64,000 bases of DNA from a virus: positions 10,404 through 74,403 of the IMG/VR virus record IMGVR_UViG_3300049827_000271, one strand, 5' to 3'. Made by a program: the position numbers and the translations under genes. Below, piece after piece: positions 37,387 through 47,306 of the stretch. The notes under the pieces are model-generated. The model had not been told where the DNA came from. It saw nothing but the letters and a program-made list of their open reading frames with translations, and ran no database searches. Every line of letters begins with the position of its first letter. The stretch's first letter is position 1.

Positions 37387-38943
37387 ATGCCATTCGACAA
37401 ACAGGGCCGGCACTATCTGCCGGTATTTGAAAAACAACTGCGACTGATCAATTCCAGGAAGCGGTTTCGACTGGCCAGCGGCCCGCGACTGTGCGGCAAA
37501 ACCCTCGGCTGCTGCCATGCGGTGTTGCAACATTGCCGTTCGGTCAAGAACGCACGGTTCTGCATCTTGGGAAATACAGCCAGCCAGAATGCGGACGGCG
37601 GAGCATGGATGGACCTGACAGGCCCAGACGGGGTGATTGAGCAATGGGTTAATGATGGGCTGCTCAAGTGGAAGACCAAGCCGTGCATCAAGTCCGACAC
37701 CAAGAAGTGGCACTGCGAGGTTGAGGGCCCAAATGGAGTGGCCGACATTATTCTCGACAGTCTTCCGGTGGAGCGGGAAGTAAAATCAAGATTCTTCGGA
37801 CGCAAGTACACTGGAATCTGGGTCACGCAGATGGATCAAGTATTTACCACACGCGCTCCGTTCGACGTAATAACTGAGTGCCTGCGCGCCGGGCCGGAGG
37901 TGCGTGAGGACCAGTTTCTTTTCCTGGCCGACGTTAATCCTCCAGATGACGGAGTTGATTCATGGTTCTACAAGCTGTGGTTCGACTTTCCAGACTCTGA
38001 AATTCCAAAGGACATCCCTGAGATTCAACGCAAGGCAATGGAGGAATTGAAGACAAATTTGGAGGTCGTCACCTTCAGTATCGACGACAACATTTTCGTC
38101 ACCGACGCGCGCAAGCGGGTGCTCTACAGCAATCTCTGCCACGACCAGAACCTGCTCGACCGATTTTACTACGGCAAGTACGTGAGGGCGAGCGCCACCG
38201 GATTCTTCAAGGAGGTGTGGGTGCCAGCGGTTCACCGGGTTGGCGAAATCGCGGTCACAAAATCACTGGACGAGCGGATGCTCCCAGAAAAGAACTGCCA
38301 TCTCCTGATCACCGGAAATGACATTGGGAGCGTCAACCCGGCCATTGTCTTCATCGAGCCGTGGGACATCGGGATCGACGGCGACCAGAAGTGGGCGTTC
38401 AAGGTCTTGGATGAACTGATCATCCAGAAAACACAAACACCGCTATCCGACTTGGTTGAGATGATGATGGACAAGATGGACGCCTTGGAAGAACTGGTGA
38501 GAAAAATGAACAAGGCGGACAAGCTGGAGGGTGCTCCGAAAATCATGTGGCGCCATTTCTCGGATACAAGTTCATTCGACAGGTACGACAACATTGCCGA
38601 TACCTTCGAGTGGCGGGAAATTTACCGACTGAGTGAAGGGAGAATTGAGTTCGAGGCGGTGGACAAGTCACATGGGCAGATCAACCGGCATGTCACAATG
38701 ATCAAACGACTACTCTTCCAGAATCGGCTGTTCACCGATGCTCACTGTGAATATGTATTGCGCATGTTCGGCAATCTTGCGCCCAATAAACACGGAAGGA
38801 TGACCAATACTGACCCGGACAAGCACGCCTTCGACGCTCTGCGTTACGCCATCGCCGGCTTATGCTATGAGGAGCTTCAGCTTGGAGACATACCAACAGT
38901 TGGACCCATCACTCAACCGACCGTGCTGACAACATCTCTTTGA
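37387..38943 (+). CDS. terL: terminase large subunit
   Basis: Walker A SGPRLCGKT, DVNP coupling motif, SIDDN, nuclease motifs GNDIG, DEL, HAFDALRY. Confidence 0.88.
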   Translation: MPFDKQGRHYLPVFEKQLRLINSRKRFRLASGPRLCGKTLGCCHAVLQHCRSVKNARFCILGNTASQNADGGAWMDLTGPDGVIEQWVNDGLLKWKTKPCIKSDTKKWHCEVEGPNGVADIILDSLPVEREVKSRFFGRKYTGIWVTQMDQVFTTRAPFDVITECLRAGPEVREDQFLFLADVNPPDDGVDSWFYKLWFDFPDSEIPKDIPEIQRKAMEELKTNLEVVTFSIDDNIFVTDARKRVLYSNLCHDQNLLDRFYYGKYVRASATGFFKEVWVPAVHRVGEIAVTKSLDERMLPEKNCHLLITGNDIGSVNPAIVFIEPWDIGIDGDQKWAFKVLDELIIQKTQTPLSDLVEMMMDKMDALEELVRKMNKADKLEGAPKIMWRHFSDTSSFDRYDNIADTFEWREIYRLSEGRIEFEAVDKSHGQINRHVTMIKRLLFQNRLFTDAHCEYVLRMFGNLAPNKHGRMTNTDPDKHAFDALRYAIAGLCYEELQLGDIPTVGPITQPTVLTTSL

Positions 38944-39613
38944 GACGCGAAAACGCCCGATCCACAGGGGTTTCCGCCGGATGCCGTGCCAACTTTGGTT
39001 TGAGTTTCCGATTCGGATTGGCATTCGGGTGAATTCCATAGGCGAAGTTCGGATTATGCCCGGCGTTGGCGATGTAATTACGCAACTCCTTCGTGGTGTA
39101 TTTCGTGTAATGGGCGCGTACGGTTTCCAGAAGCTCAGGCGCGTGTCGGTGCCTCTTGGACAGCTTGGAGTTGCTCAGGCGCCAGTCAATAGCGAGCCAT
39201 GAGCATTCCGGAAGGATCATGTCGTCCTTGGTCCTCTGCTTTCCAAGGAGCCACGCCTCCTCGTCACGCCGGACCTTCCCCCATGTCATCCACCGGAACT
39301 CGTCAGTGATGTCCTTTGATTCCGTGTCGATGCACCAAATAATCCACAGCACGCGCTTCTCCACCTCTGAAGCCTCCACTCTTCCAGAGGATATGAAATT
39401 CAACCTTCCGCACGGGATTCCAGTCATGGAGGCCAGCCTTGACCGCGGCCATCGGTGCATCTGGCACAGCCCGCCAATCAACGCCTGCACCTCCTCCAGA
39501 CCCAGCGAATAACGCCTGGCATTCTCCGAGTAGCACTGAGGCTTCAACTCCTCTCCGAGCCTGTCCCAGTAATCTCCAGCACTAGGGGTGCTGGCTTGCT
39601 CATTTTTTGTCAT
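38909..39613 (-). CDS. putative HTH DNA-binding protein
   Basis: WPRSRLASMTGIPCGRLNFISSG resembles an XRE-type HTH; start uncertain. Confidence 0.5.
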   Translation of the reverse strand: MTKNEQASTPSAGDYWDRLGEELKPQCYSENARRYSLGLEEVQALIGGLCQMHRWPRSRLASMTGIPCGRLNFISSGRVEASEVEKRVLWIIWCIDTESKDITDEFRWMTWGKVRRDEEAWLLGKQRTKDDMILPECSWLAIDWRLSNSKLSKRHRHAPELLETVRAHYTKYTTKELRNYIANAGHNPNFAYGIHPNANPNRKLKPKLARHPAETPVDRAFSRLKEMLSARSVE

Positions 39614-39632
39614 GGGATATGATTGTGACACG

Positions 39633-40016
39633 ATGCAATCGAATTTCAAGTTCGCCTTGGCCTTGCTTGTTGGCGCGGTGTTCGGGATCATGCGCGATGG
39701 ATTTTGGAAGCGGGTTTCCGGATTCTTCTGGACCATTCGCCACCGGGACGACCGGGTTGTTCCGGAAGCGGTGGCCAGAGAGCGGATGGATTGGTGCCAA
39801 ACCAGATGCCCGCTCTTCTACGAAAGGCTTGGAACCTGCGGCTCTCCGCTCAGCGCAGAGTATCAGGAGAAAGGGTGCTACTGCTTCATGGAGCGCAAGG
39901 TGACAATGGCGTGCAACTGCTGGCTGTATGACAAGGCTTCTGGCAAAACCTTGATCGGATGGCCGCACCGGCTAAACTCGTTTCCGTATGAGCAACTCAG
40001 TCCTTCCAATCAATAG
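39633..40016 (+). CDS. Cys-rich hypothetical protein
   Basis: R...CQTRCP...C...GCYCFM..K......C.CW metal-binding pattern. Confidence 0.6.
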   Translation: MQSNFKFALALLVGAVFGIMRDGFWKRVSGFFWTIRHRDDRVVPEAVARERMDWCQTRCPLFYERLGTCGSPLSAEYQEKGCYCFMERKVTMACNCWLYDKASGKTLIGWPHRLNSFPYEQLSPSNQ

Positions 40017-40500
40017 CGAGCGAGCCTCCGATGTGGAGGCCAGGGCTTCCGATGTTGACCCGCTGATTATCGAGTCGGCGCTGAAGAAATCCAATCTCCG
40101 ACTGACCGTGGCAGAAATTGAGGCTCGAAGCCTAGCCGGGGACTTCCGCACAACCAAGGCACGCGGAATCATCTCCTACAACATGGCGCGGTTTGCCGAC
40201 AATCTGGAGATGCTGCTGGATGGGCACATGCAGGATTTCGGAGAAGCGGACACTCCAAAAGAACGCCGCCAGGCCAGCGGAGCGGCACTTGGCTGCATGG
40301 AAATGGCGTGCAACATGGCGGCCATAGATTTGAAATTAGCCGAGATCGGAGGACATTCCAGGTCCAAAATGGGGGAAAACCCGCGTGTGCCCGATGCGGA
40401 TTCTCCGATGGCCTGTATGCAGGCGAATGTGAACGTGAATGTTCGCACCGACCGAGAAACCAGTGTTACGGTCACAGCAGACGACCAGAAAGGTCAATGA
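39988..40500 (+). CDS. hypothetical protein, possibly terminase small subunit
   Basis: Helical core with a C-terminal QANVNVNV strand, near terL; no definitive motif. Confidence 0.35.
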   Translation: MSNSVLPINSERASDVEARASDVDPLIIESALKKSNLRLTVAEIEARSLAGDFRTTKARGIISYNMARFADNLEMLLDGHMQDFGEADTPKERRQASGAALGCMEMACNMAAIDLKLAEIGGHSRSKMGENPRVPDADSPMACMQANVNVNVRTDRETSVTVTADDQKGQ

Positions 40501-41105
40501 TTATGACGTACACTGAATTGCTGACCAACAGCTACAAGCCTGCCACGGCGCTGGCCCCGCAGACCAGCCCGGCCTACGAATCCAAACGCCTGTTCACAAA
40601 CACGGCAGGGCGATGCTTGGGAACGCTGTCTGTTTTTAACAAGGGTTCTGATGCTTATGTATTTGTGTTCGACAGTTCCGTGGCGGCGGTCCCTGGATCG
40701 GACAACACAACCATTGACTTAGGCATCCTGTACACCGACTCCACTCACGCAAGCTGGGCGACTGGAACTCCATGTCGCCAAGACAGCGATCCAACCGTTT
40801 ACTACATGGCGGCAGACGCCGATGAAGAGTCTCTTCAGCAGTCTTTCACCTTGCACGAGACTTGGATCGACGCGATGAATGGAGTCAATCCAATCATTCC
40901 CGATTGCACTACCATCCATGTCTTGGACTGGCCGGCAGCACTCACCTTGGACGTAGCACAAAACGCTACCAAAGGATACTCAGACGAAAACATGGAGTTC
41001 GAGCACGGCATCTACGTCCTGTCCTCCACCGATCCATCCACCTATGCCGCGGGCGGAAACGATTTCAAGTTCACCCTGACCCCAACATTTCCATTCCAGC
41101 ATTGA
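40497..41105 (+). CDS. putative virion beta-sandwich protein
   Basis: ATG overlaps the upstream stop; S/T/D-rich; FEHGIYVLSST.PST pattern. Confidence 0.55.
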   Translation: MIMTYTELLTNSYKPATALAPQTSPAYESKRLFTNTAGRCLGTLSVFNKGSDAYVFVFDSSVAAVPGSDNTTIDLGILYTDSTHASWATGTPCRQDSDPTVYYMAADADEESLQQSFTLHETWIDAMNGVNPIIPDCTTIHVLDWPAALTLDVAQNATKGYSDENMEFEHGIYVLSSTDPSTYAAGGNDFKFTLTPTFPFQH

Positions 41106-41106
41106 T

Positions 41107-42858
41107 ATGAACACAGTCAGATTATTGCTCCTCTCACTGATCCTCACGCTTGCTATTCCGGCGCGTTCAGCCGATCCAGTCTATGGAGGAGGCTCTGTTT
41201 CCGCCTCAGCGTGGATGCGCAGCGTGCTCAAGGCAACCAATGCGCTGGATTTCTCGAACCGGCTGGCCATGCCGATCATATCGGTGGTGCAGTCCAACAT
41301 CAACGTGGCGGTATCAAACTGGTATGCGGTGAACGTGGCCACCTCCGGCAACCTGATCAACCGAGTAATAGGAGACGGACTCCAACAGTGGAATGATGGT
41401 GTGACCACCAATCTGTTTGAAGGTTTGGCCCTGTGGAATCAGGCAGAGCCTGGGGTGTTCTTCGCTTGTGGATTTTACAACTACTACAACTATTTGGGAG
41501 ACGAAATTTTTCCCGACGGCCACATCAACACATGCTCTTGGCAAGGGGTTGACTACAATACAGGCTTCAGAAATTGGAGGACCGGGACTCCAGTTTGGTC
41601 TTACGCCCCGACCAACGATGTCGATACGCGACCGTGGGAGTTGCGCGGGAATCATCCATACTATTTGATCATGCCGGAATACCTGACCGGCCCCAGCACA
41701 GATGGGGATGGATTCTATGTGGCTTCCAACTACCTCAATGCCATCAGCGATATTCGGATTTCGTTTCGGAGCACCAACGGCCAGCCGTCTCCGTGGAGCT
41801 ATACCAATACGGGATTCAGTTTTAACTCCTCCAAGCCTTTCCTGTTGGTGGCACATCCTGGACTTGTCTTTCCATCAAACAATTTCAAGATGACGTTGAA
41901 TTCGCTAGATATTACCAACTTGATCTTCGCCAACAACACTATGCTGACGAATTTCGTTAATGGTGCTGTGGGAAGCCTTAATCGGCATTTCTATTTTGCT
42001 AATGTAACTAACGATTTCAACACTGGCAATGTGTTGACCAATTCTAGTGGGCTGACAAATTTGATTATGATTGATTTTCCGGTAGCAACAGCAGCCACCA
42101 ATTCATTTTCCGTCAATAATCTAGCCAATTCCTATTTCATCACACGCATTTCTACAAACACCATCTCCAGAATCGAGTCTGGTCCGATTGAGCTTGAGAC
42201 ATACATGTTCATTACTGGATCAGGCAGCCCCAGTGTCACAGCGCATCCAGAGATTTACTTGTGGTTTACAAATAACACCATCAATGAGATTGCTTCGTCA
42301 GGTGATGCTGTTTACAACAATAGCACATTGTCGAGGGTTGTTTTATCAATGAGTGTGGCTAACTCTACCAACTGTTTGCCAGGAACTCGTCTAGTTCTTA
42401 GATGGAAAATCACTTCGGAGACAGGAGCTCCAACGTGGAACTTTGTGATTGGTGGTGATTATGATTCACACCTATCCGTGAATGTTGGTGGTTCTTCTAT
42501 TACTGCTCCATCAACAGTTCTTCAGACCAACTCGCTTTATAGCTCTACTGTTATTGTACCTTGTGACAAAGATGTTTTCATGGATGTGACAAATGCAGTG
42601 GGTGGAAATGTTGCTTTGGTGTTGACGAATTGTGTGGTTGGTCGAAGCGGTTCTGCATCATTCATGTCTGATGGTTCTGCTCGCACCATCGCCGTGCTGA
42701 ATCCGGCGGCTACTCTGACTGTGCTTTCCACAAATTCAGCCTTGGTTGGAACAAACCTGATCACGACGGACAGCAAAAATTCCCTTCTATGTTGGCGTGT
42801 TTGTCGTGGTATTGGTGGATCGACTAATGTTCTATATTGGGGAATATCACAACCATGA
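41107..42858 (+). CDS. exported Thr/Asn-rich protein (583 aa)
   Basis: Signal peptide MNTVRLLLLSLILTLAIPARSA-D; more than 20 TN dipeptides; AT-richer 3' half. Confidence 0.75.
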   Translation: MNTVRLLLLSLILTLAIPARSADPVYGGGSVSASAWMRSVLKATNALDFSNRLAMPIISVVQSNINVAVSNWYAVNVATSGNLINRVIGDGLQQWNDGVTTNLFEGLALWNQAEPGVFFACGFYNYYNYLGDEIFPDGHINTCSWQGVDYNTGFRNWRTGTPVWSYAPTNDVDTRPWELRGNHPYYLIMPEYLTGPSTDGDGFYVASNYLNAISDIRISFRSTNGQPSPWSYTNTGFSFNSSKPFLLVAHPGLVFPSNNFKMTLNSLDITNLIFANNTMLTNFVNGAVGSLNRHFYFANVTNDFNTGNVLTNSSGLTNLIMIDFPVATAATNSFSVNNLANSYFITRISTNTISRIESGPIELETYMFITGSGSPSVTAHPEIYLWFTNNTINEIASSGDAVYNNSTLSRVVLSMSVANSTNCLPGTRLVLRWKITSETGAPTWNFVIGGDYDSHLSVNVGGSSITAPSTVLQTNSLYSSTVIVPCDKDVFMDVTNAVGGNVALVLTNCVVGRSGSASFMSDGSARTIAVLNPAATLTVLSTNSALVGTNLITTDSKNSLLCWRVCRGIGGSTNVLYWGISQP

Positions 42859-43580
42859 AGACCGTATTTACATTGCTTCTATCCGTTCTGTCCGCTTGGT
42901 CGCAGGCGGATTACACCACGCTGCTGGCGCTAGACTCGCCGCCCGCCGCCCCTACGACGCTGTGGACGGGATTGACTCACTATTGGAGCATGGATGAGGC
43001 ATCAGGTAACAGCCGGATTGACTCGGTTGGCACCGATCATTTATCAGAAACTCCATTCGCGGTCGAGTCCGCTCCGGGGTTGATCGGGAACTGCGCAACC
43101 AATGTGTCGGCGGGGAATTACCTCGCCGGCGCCGCCCTGGATCAAACGACCACCTGGACCGTCCACTGCTGGATATGGCCCTTCGACTACGACCTCAGTT
43201 ATTTCATCATAAACCCAGACGACTACACCAGTTGGGCCATTCGCCAGGACCAGAATGATTCGACCACGCTGGAAACGTTCGCCTGGGATGGAACCTCGTT
43301 CAACCAGCATTTCACGTCCTCCGCAGCCACCAACCAATGGCACCGTTTGGCCTATGGCTTCAACTCCTCGGCCAATGAAGTCTGGTTCAAGTTCAACAAC
43401 GAAACAACCGTGACCAACTCCACCGCCGGGCCTATCATGGCCGGCGTCAGCACTACGCTGGCCATGCTGACCGGCACGGGCGCGCTCGATGAAGTGGGCT
43501 ATTGGACCCGCGTTCTAAGCGAAGACGATTTAAGCGCCCTTTGGAATGGTGGCGCGGGGACCAGTTACCTTTCGCATTAA
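42855..43580 (+). CDS. exported LamG / concanavalin A-like lectin domain protein
   Basis: Signal peptide; GLTHYWSMDEASG, NQWH.L, LDEVGYWTRVLSEDDLSALWNGG. Confidence 0.85.
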   Translation: MKTVFTLLLSVLSAWSQADYTTLLALDSPPAAPTTLWTGLTHYWSMDEASGNSRIDSVGTDHLSETPFAVESAPGLIGNCATNVSAGNYLAGAALDQTTTWTVHCWIWPFDYDLSYFIINPDDYTSWAIRQDQNDSTTLETFAWDGTSFNQHFTSSAATNQWHRLAYGFNSSANEVWFKFNNETTVTNSTAGPIMAGVSTTLAMLTGTGALDEVGYWTRVLSEDDLSALWNGGAGTSYLSH

Positions 43581-43592
43581 CCACACAAAAAA

Positions 43593-43817
43593 ATGAAATT
43601 AACATCAGTCATCATTCAGCCGATCAGCCCGGACACACATTGCATCAAGCTCGACCCGTCGATGGCTCGTCCGGATTCCGAAGTGAGCGCGGCCTATCTC
43701 AACCCACCCAACGAAGACGAGTGTGAGCCGCTATCCGTCGCATTCAATACCGACTTGAATTCGTGGGTTGTTTACGGTCAGGACAATCTGCCGGTCCTAA
43801 TCACCGTGCAACAATAA
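43593..43817 (+). CDS. hypothetical protein
   Basis: 74 aa after an A-rich leader. Confidence 0.55.
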   Translation: MKLTSVIIQPISPDTHCIKLDPSMARPDSEVSAAYLNPPNEDECEPLSVAFNTDLNSWVVYGQDNLPVLITVQQ

Positions 43818-43883
43818 CAGTGGATCGACGGTTTGGCGTTATCTTGTGTGGGATGGGTGGATTTGTAATGTGGAAGGAAATGA

Positions 43884-44207
43884 ATGATGAGTGCTGAAAG
43901 AGCGACGAAGATTATGCCTTGGCTGTCCAACGCAGTGAGCGTGCTGTGCTTGGCAATGTTGACGTGGATAGCGGCAGAGTTCTACACGATGCCAAAACGT
44001 GTGTTGATCTTGGAAACGAAACAAGTGTCAATGGCTGAGTGGGCGCGGGAGAACAATGAGATTCTGCGTGCAAACGCGGACAGGATTCAGAACATTCAGC
44101 TTCTCTTGGCCAAGATGCCGGGCGAATATCCACCTGCCGAATTCCGCCGCAGCTTCGACGATCTCAAGCATCGCGTTGAGGAGCTTGAAAAACGTGCTCG
44201 GTTATGA
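43884..44207 (+). CDS. single-TM coiled-coil protein (lysis-cassette type)
   Basis: N-terminal hydrophobic helix followed by heptads. Confidence 0.55.
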   Translation: MMSAERATKIMPWLSNAVSVLCLAMLTWIAAEFYTMPKRVLILETKQVSMAEWARENNEILRANADRIQNIQLLLAKMPGEYPPAEFRRSFDDLKHRVEELEKRARL

Positions 44208-44446
44208 AGAACCTGTTTCACGCCATGTGGCTGATCTCATTCCTGGTCAACGCCACATCCAGCGCGATCATTATGGCGCTGGCCAACATCCAATGGGAAA
44301 ACCTGGACCGGCAGGCCAAGTTCTTGGTTGTGCTGGTCACGCTCCAATCGCTGAGCAATGTCCTGATGGCTTTTCTGTACCGGGCGGTCAACAGAAAAGA
44401 AGGGGAATCATTCGAGGAACCGCCATCAACAAAAACAACACCATGA
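44204..44446 (+). CDS. putative holin (2 TM)
   Basis: 80 aa, two hydrophobic helices, charged C-terminus, ATGA overlaps. Confidence 0.5.
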   Translation: MKNLFHAMWLISFLVNATSSAIIMALANIQWENLDRQAKFLVVLVTLQSLSNVLMAFLYRAVNRKEGESFEEPPSTKTTP

Positions 44447-45072
44447 AAAAACACGTCAAACGCCTGATACTCTCACTCATCTTCACTGCGCTCGCCGCCC
44501 TAGCCGGATCAGGCTGCGTTACCATGCCGGGCGGGCAGAGGTCCGTTTCACCCGAAGTGCTGGCCTCCACTGAATCAGTCGTCTGTGCGGGCGTGGCCGC
44601 GGATGTAATGCTCCGCCCGCAGGATGCAGCAATCTTTCACGCGGCCAAGGATGCCGTCGATTCCGTGTTGGCCACCAACGGCGTGCGCGTTGGCGCAATT
44701 TCCAATTTGCTGCGCGACATCCCCGGCGGAAACCAGATGCCGTGGCTTGCGCCGGCCATCATTCTGTTCGACTACTGGGTGGATTACGGATTGAAACAGG
44801 ACGACACCGGGAGCGCCCGCGCGATTTTGGATTCGATACGCAATGGTCTGGCCTGCGCGGTAGCAACCGCTCCTCCTCAAACAGTGGTTGCACCCGAGAC
44901 AAAAGGCAGAGTCGAACTCTTCAAGGACATCTCCAATCGCTGGCGATGGCGCCGTATCGCGGCTAACGGACAGATCGTATCCATCTGGGGAGAGTCCTCG
45001 CGTTGGAAGTGGAATTGCAAGCGGAGCGCCACCAAGCAAAATCCAGGACTGCCCGTTCTTACCTACCGCTGA
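44443..45072 (+). CDS. lipoprotein with a C-terminal YegP/DUF1508-like domain
   Basis: MKKHVKR, hydrophobic stretch, LAGSG-C lipobox; ELFKDISNRWRWRRIAANGQIV. Confidence 0.7.
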   Translation: MKKHVKRLILSLIFTALAALAGSGCVTMPGGQRSVSPEVLASTESVVCAGVAADVMLRPQDAAIFHAAKDAVDSVLATNGVRVGAISNLLRDIPGGNQMPWLAPAIILFDYWVDYGLKQDDTGSARAILDSIRNGLACAVATAPPQTVVAPETKGRVELFKDISNRWRWRRIAANGQIVSIWGESSRWKWNCKRSATKQNPGLPVLTYR

Positions 45073-45358
45073 CCATGTGCATCGTCATCTACACCGGGGG
45101 CAGGATGCGCGGCTACTGGAGGGCTGGACTCAAACCATCCGCCAGCACCATCCGCGCAATGGCCCCCCGACTACGCGACCGCCTACGAGATTGTGGACCT
45201 AGAGGACTCGCGGCGTGAGCGCGTAATTGCCAAGCGCAGGCGGCTGTAATCAAGATTTCCCATCTGCATTCGATGTCTGATTTCATGATATTAGTATTAG
45301 TTATACTGATACTATGTATAACTCTGGATACAAACTGCGGGCGCCTGCAAAATTTTTG

Positions 45359-45390
45359 TTGCACTCTGCTACGCGCATAGCATTATAGCA
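45359..45390 (+). promoter_or_regulatory. putative promoter with a palindromic operator
   Basis: TTGCAC-N16-CATTAT in an AT-rich intergenic region; TGCTA-N6-TAGCA palindrome (45367-45382) over the spacer. Confidence 0.4.
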
Positions 45391-45395
45391 CCACG

Positions 45396-45557
45396 ATGTC
45401 TGAAATAGATCGAGTTCAATTCAACCGGCGCATCCAGCGCCAGACGGCCCGAGACGTGGCGTTGCGCGCGTTTCTACGCAATGAGACGCAGGACGCCTTC
45501 GCTGAGCGCGCCCTGAAAAAAGAGCTGAAGCGCACCACCAACGGACGAAAAGCATGA
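45396..45557 (+). CDS. Arc/MetJ-like ribbon-helix-helix regulator (53 aa, absent from the ORF track)
   Basis: MSEIDRVQFNRRIQRQTARDVALRAFLRNETQDAFAERALKKEL: strand plus two helices; first gene of the replication operon. Confidence 0.6.
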   Translation: MSEIDRVQFNRRIQRQTARDVALRAFLRNETQDAFAERALKKELKRTTNGRKA

Positions 45558-45721
45558 GTAGAATCTACACCGCTGTTTTCGCCGGCATGGCTTCGATCTG
45601 TATGATTGTCTCCATCTGCGATCTGGCCCAACTGAAAAAGGCATCACCCATTTCTTGCGCGCTCGTGGCGGTCGCTGCCGCTGTGTGCGCAAGGCTGTTC
45701 CAAACACCACACGACAAATAA
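45554..45721 (+). CDS. small 2-TM membrane protein (55 aa)
   Basis: ATGA overlap; two hydrophobic segments; ends 3 nt before the RecT start. Confidence 0.55.
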   Translation: MSRIYTAVFAGMASICMIVSICDLAQLKKASPISCALVAVAAAVCARLFQTPHDK

Positions 45722-45724
45722 ACA

Positions 45725-47110
45725 ATGAATCCAACCTCGACATCTCTTGTCCGTGGAGGCTCCCAGATGGGGGTCGCCGGACTGCGCGCCACACTCAACG
45801 ATCCCAACGTGCAAAATCGCATGAGGGAAGTGCTGCGCGATAAAGCGCCCGCCTTCTGCTCGTCGCTGATCACGATCTCCAACGACTACAAGTTCCAGAA
45901 TGTGGAGCCGCACTCCATCCTGGGATCGGCCATGATCGCGGCCACGCTGGACCTCCCTATCGAGAAATCGCTCGGCTTTGCCCACATCGTTCCCTACGGG
46001 AGCAAGGCCCAATTCCAGATCGGGGCCAAAGGGCTGGTGCAACTGGCCCTCCGTTCCGGCCAGTACAAGAAGATGAACGCTTTTTGCGTCAATCGCGACG
46101 CCTTTGGCGGATACGACGAAGTGGGCGACCCCGTCATCCTCTGGGACAAGCTGGATGAAACCGAGGAAATCGTGGGCTATGCGTTTGCCTGGACGCTTGT
46201 GACCGGATTCACCAAGATCGTCTATTGGACGAAGGAAAAGGTGGAGCAGCACGCGGCCAAGTATTCCCAAGCCTACCGCTACGGAAAACAGAATCCGTCC
46301 AAGGCCGACTCCCCGTGGTTCACCGCCTTTGACCAGATGGCGCTCAAGACGGTCATCAAATCCGGGATCACCCATTGGGGGATCATGTCCGTCCAGTTGC
46401 AGACCGCGGTTCGCATGGACAACGCGGCGGTCGCCGACATTGATGCCCCTCCTGAGTATATCGACAACACAAATGGGGTCCATCAGATCAAACAGGCGAC
46501 CGTTGATTCAGCCGTGCTCAACCCTGCTGGGAACCCGGAAGATGATCAAGTTCCAATGGTGGAAGTGGCGGTCAGCCCGGAAGTCGGATATGCGCCTGCC
46601 GCACCTCCGCCTAGCACGCCTCCTCCGCCTCCAGTTGCACCGCAACCAAAAGTGGTGCCCATGCCTGCTACCAAACCGCAACCAGCACCCGTCACTCCCA
46701 CGCCCGTTCCCGTGGCGTCCCCGCCTCTCGCTCGTCCAATGGGCCGTCCTGCCAATCGCAAGCCAGAGCCTGCGCCCACGCCTGCGGTGGCAGCGCCTGC
46801 ACCCGCCCCTGAAGCGCCTTCGGAACATGAACAGGCTGCGCCATCCCAGCCTGTCTCATCCACTCCAACGCCGCCAGAAGAGCCAGCCTCGTCCCCGCAA
46901 GAAGAGTTGGCCGCCGTCTTTGAGAGGTGTGACTTCGACGACTACAAGGGCTACTTCCAGACCACTGATTTCGCTGTCTTCAACCAGATCAAAGAGGCCA
47001 AGACATGGACTGAACTCCCCACAGAACATTGCAAAGACGTGCTCTCGCGTCCACCTATCAAGGGGAAGACGCTGGTGATGAAGATTATGTCGGTCATCTC
47101 TCCTGCCTGA
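45725..47110 (+). CDS. recT: RecT/Bet family single-strand annealing protein with a Pro-rich extension
   Basis: LGFAHIVPY..KAQFQIGAKGLVQLALRSGQY, SPW...FDQMALKTVIK. Confidence 0.92.
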   Translation: MNPTSTSLVRGGSQMGVAGLRATLNDPNVQNRMREVLRDKAPAFCSSLITISNDYKFQNVEPHSILGSAMIAATLDLPIEKSLGFAHIVPYGSKAQFQIGAKGLVQLALRSGQYKKMNAFCVNRDAFGGYDEVGDPVILWDKLDETEEIVGYAFAWTLVTGFTKIVYWTKEKVEQHAAKYSQAYRYGKQNPSKADSPWFTAFDQMALKTVIKSGITHWGIMSVQLQTAVRMDNAAVADIDAPPEYIDNTNGVHQIKQATVDSAVLNPAGNPEDDQVPMVEVAVSPEVGYAPAAPPPSTPPPPPVAPQPKVVPMPATKPQPAPVTPTPVPVASPPLARPMGRPANRKPEPAPTPAVAAPAPAPEAPSEHEQAAPSQPVSSTPTPPEEPASSPQEELAAVFERCDFDDYKGYFQTTDFAVFNQIKEAKTWTELPTEHCKDVLSRPPIKGKTLVMKIMSVISPA

Positions 47111-47111
47111 T

Positions 47112-47306
47112 ATGCGCGTCATCATTCTATATGGTTCCGAGAAGAAGCTGACCGGCTCCCATAAACGGGTTACATCCAAGAAGCATCCGGCCTACTATGT
47201 GCGCGCGGAGTTTGCTCCAAAAACATGCACTCAAGATGTGCTCGCGCTAGATCGTGCAAAGGCGCTTCCGGGAGAAGTATTGCTGAACACGGAGGAGATC
47301 GCATAA
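47112..47306 (+). CDS. hypothetical protein
   Basis: 64 aa; TAATG overlap with the next gene. Confidence 0.5.
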   Translation: MRVIILYGSEKKLTGSHKRVTSKKHPAYYVRAEFAPKTCTQDVLALDRAKALPGEVLLNTEEIA

